From Oopsacas minuta (taxonomy: Eukaryota > Animalia > Porifera), in the NCBI GenBank assembly GCA_024704765.1, contig JAKMXF010000312.1:1-64000 (forward strand): a stretch of 64,000 bases of DNA, given 5' to 3'. Below, piece by piece: positions 61,780 to 64,000 of the stretch (positions are counted from its first letter, which is position 1; each line of letters starts with the position of its first letter). The notes beneath the pieces are model-generated. The model did not search any database and was not told the origin of the DNA. It worked only from the letters and a program-made list of their open reading frames with translations. The position numbers were made by a program, and so were the translations under genes.

Positions 61780-64000
61780 ATGGATCTTGCCAATTTGAAT
61801 CTCATCGTCTTCCAAACGGTTCCCTATTCAACATCCAATCAGAAGTATTCCCAGAGCTTGACACCTCTAAACTGCTCCCAGCAGCTGATATCATGGTGCT
61901 AGTAGATGAGAGCGGATCAATGACAGACGAACACGCGTGGTTACACAAATTCGCACCCCTTATAGATCAACGTCTCAGAGACAGAGGTGTAGGACTGCCT
62001 ACCACAGGCTCTCAGAACCTGTTCTGTCTGGTACGGTATGGGTCCCCGGGTAATCTCATGGGTCGCATGGTAGCAAGAGGTGTTGATGCTAATGAGTTTA
62101 CTGTAGCTCTGAGTGAGGTGAGACAAAATGGGAGATTAGAGGACGGATATTCTGCTATGAATGTAAGTTATGTAAATAATAATAACAAGATTTGTTTACT
62201 TGCTCTGTGCGGTCTGTATAACTATATTGTTAGAGTCTCAAATCTGATAGGACAATATTTTTAACACCTATCTCAGAGACTTTATGAGATATCGCTTAGA
62301 TATTAGAACCTGTCACTATATTTATCACATACCACACTCATCCAAAATTTCAAGTCTCAGTTCCTCCGTTTAAAACAAATAATAACATACATACCAACAC
62401 CTCTCTTCTGTATCTAGGTAGCAATTGAAGAATGTGGCATACGGACGGGTACAGCTCACATAATGATACTAGTGACAGATGAGGGTAGGAATATAGTAGA
62501 CCAATCATTAAACAGAGTTAATATGGAACAGCTGTTAATTAGAAATTCCATTATACTTAATGTTGTTGTTAACACCCAGTTTGGTCTCAGAGGGTACTAT
62601 AACGGTCCATTTGCTATTGGTATGAATTCTAGAGGCGATGGGTACTACGGGGACAACTCAGGGAACTGTCTGACTGTACCAAGCAGTATAATCAACTTCC
62701 CAGGTATATTCATATTTTGTCACCTTCTGATAATATTTCTTACATCACATTCTATACACATACCAAATTACAATTCTCTATTTAACACTTCTAGGTGATA
62801 ACAACACAAACGCAGCATATGTGGAGCTAGCACATGCAACTAACGGTGCTTCCTGGGATATTAATCAGCTGAGGAATGGAGGTGCTATCGCGCAATCATT
62901 CAGTAATTGTCTTATTAAAGTTAAGATAGATGAAATTATTACTGTACTGGCCAGCTGTAGGGAATGTTTGTGTGTTGCTGGAGAGCTCAGATGTAGCGAG
63001 GTGAGTAGTAAACAATAACAAACAAACAAACAAACAAATAAATAACTAATATAAACTACAATGTATCCTCGTTAATACGACCACCAACACAAAGTCAAAT
63101 CTATTCGAATTAACACCAGTAATACCAATTGAATAACCATTGTAGGGGCCTGATTTATGAAATTATTGTTCCTTTTATCCGTAACACACACCCCTAGGGG
63201 CATTATTGCACCCTAGGGTATCAAATAACTGACTATTACGATAGAATTAATTATCCTTTCTTCTTATCCAATCATATTACGTACTTCTGTTATTGGTTCT
63301 AAGAATGTCCTTACTTGATTGGTTAATATTGGTGTTATTGGTGTCATATTATTAAGCATGTTATGAATTACAGGATAGCTTAATTCTATTAATTATTGTG
63401 ACACTAAAGGACACAATTAAATATTCATTATCATCAGCAACTTGTAATCTGATTGGTTGCAATTTTTATGCCACCTCCACAGGTTTAGTTGCATATTCTA
63501 ATTTGTGGTTAAATAAGCTCCGATTAGAACCAGCTGGTGTGAATACTTTAGCGTTGCTTGGATACACAATGCCTGCTGTAGAATGCATATTAACCTGCCT
63601 ATTGGTTAATACGCCTGCCTTAAATATGTAAAATCTTTTTATCTATATATTGAGGCTATTTCACACCTTTTATGGAAGTGTTTATTAACCAATTATATTT
63701 GAGGAAATTTTACTAATCATATTATCTAATATTATTAAATTCTTATAATTCCTAATACCCAAAGCGTTTCCATGAATAGCTCATATATTCTCTCTAATCT
63801 TATTGGTCCTTATTCTATATTAGATACAACTAGGACCAGGAGAGGAATGTGGGGTGACATTACCCATAGAGGATGAGTGCTGTGGGGCCTGTGACTGTAC
63901 CTCTGGTACCCTAACCTGTCCCTATTCCCGCACTAATCTGTGTAACAAGGATTGCAGGTGTGAATTGGAACCAGAATCAACCACATATATACAAGTCTGT
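61780..64000 (+). CDS. VWA-domain protein with downstream Cys-rich VWC-like modules (partial; 5' exons not resolved, runs off the window)
   Basis: ADIMVLVDESGSM (MIDAS DxSxS), EDGYSAMN, MILVTDEGR, GASWDINQLR; then CRECLCVAGELRC|...CCGACDCTSGTLTC...CNKDCRC. Confidence 0.8.

Overview
Gene-dense eukaryotic (animal) genomic DNA with many short 45-120 bp GT-AG introns, often rich in GTTT/AAAC, and intergenic spacers mostly 60-350 bp. Metazoan-type beta-tubulin, JNK (TPY), Furry, FHOD, APPBP2 and CCDC62-like genes together with the extreme compaction suggest an early-branching animal; a glass sponge is my best guess, and that is inference only. The window opens with about 13.6 apparently identical copies of a 365-bp satellite (1-4965). 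About 25 protein-coding genes follow: a divergent Rab-like GTPase, Rab2, a 7-domain saposin precursor, an FHOD formin, CLP1, TMA7, LRRC40, an EF-hand protein, coactosin, intronless beta-tubulin, VPS4, ELL, a GNAT, TRMT10A, an orphan ORF, Furry, a SAM/zinc-finger protein, APPBP2, CCDC62-like, alpha-SNAP, membralin, a PH-PH-PTEN fusion, a nested antisense gene, an intronless JNK and a truncated VWA protein. The most interesting signals are: (1) a lipid phosphatase with two phosphoinositide-type PH domains spliced to a PTEN PTP-C2 module with an altered active site, hosting an antisense gene in its longest intron; (2) operon-like spacing with acceptor-like AGs just before many start codons; (3) a bacterial-looking GNAT next to a MITE-like element; (4) recurrent transcription-factor-like words in introns and exons. 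Exon structures were assembled by eye and CDS coordinates span introns. I found no tRNA, rRNA or CRISPR.
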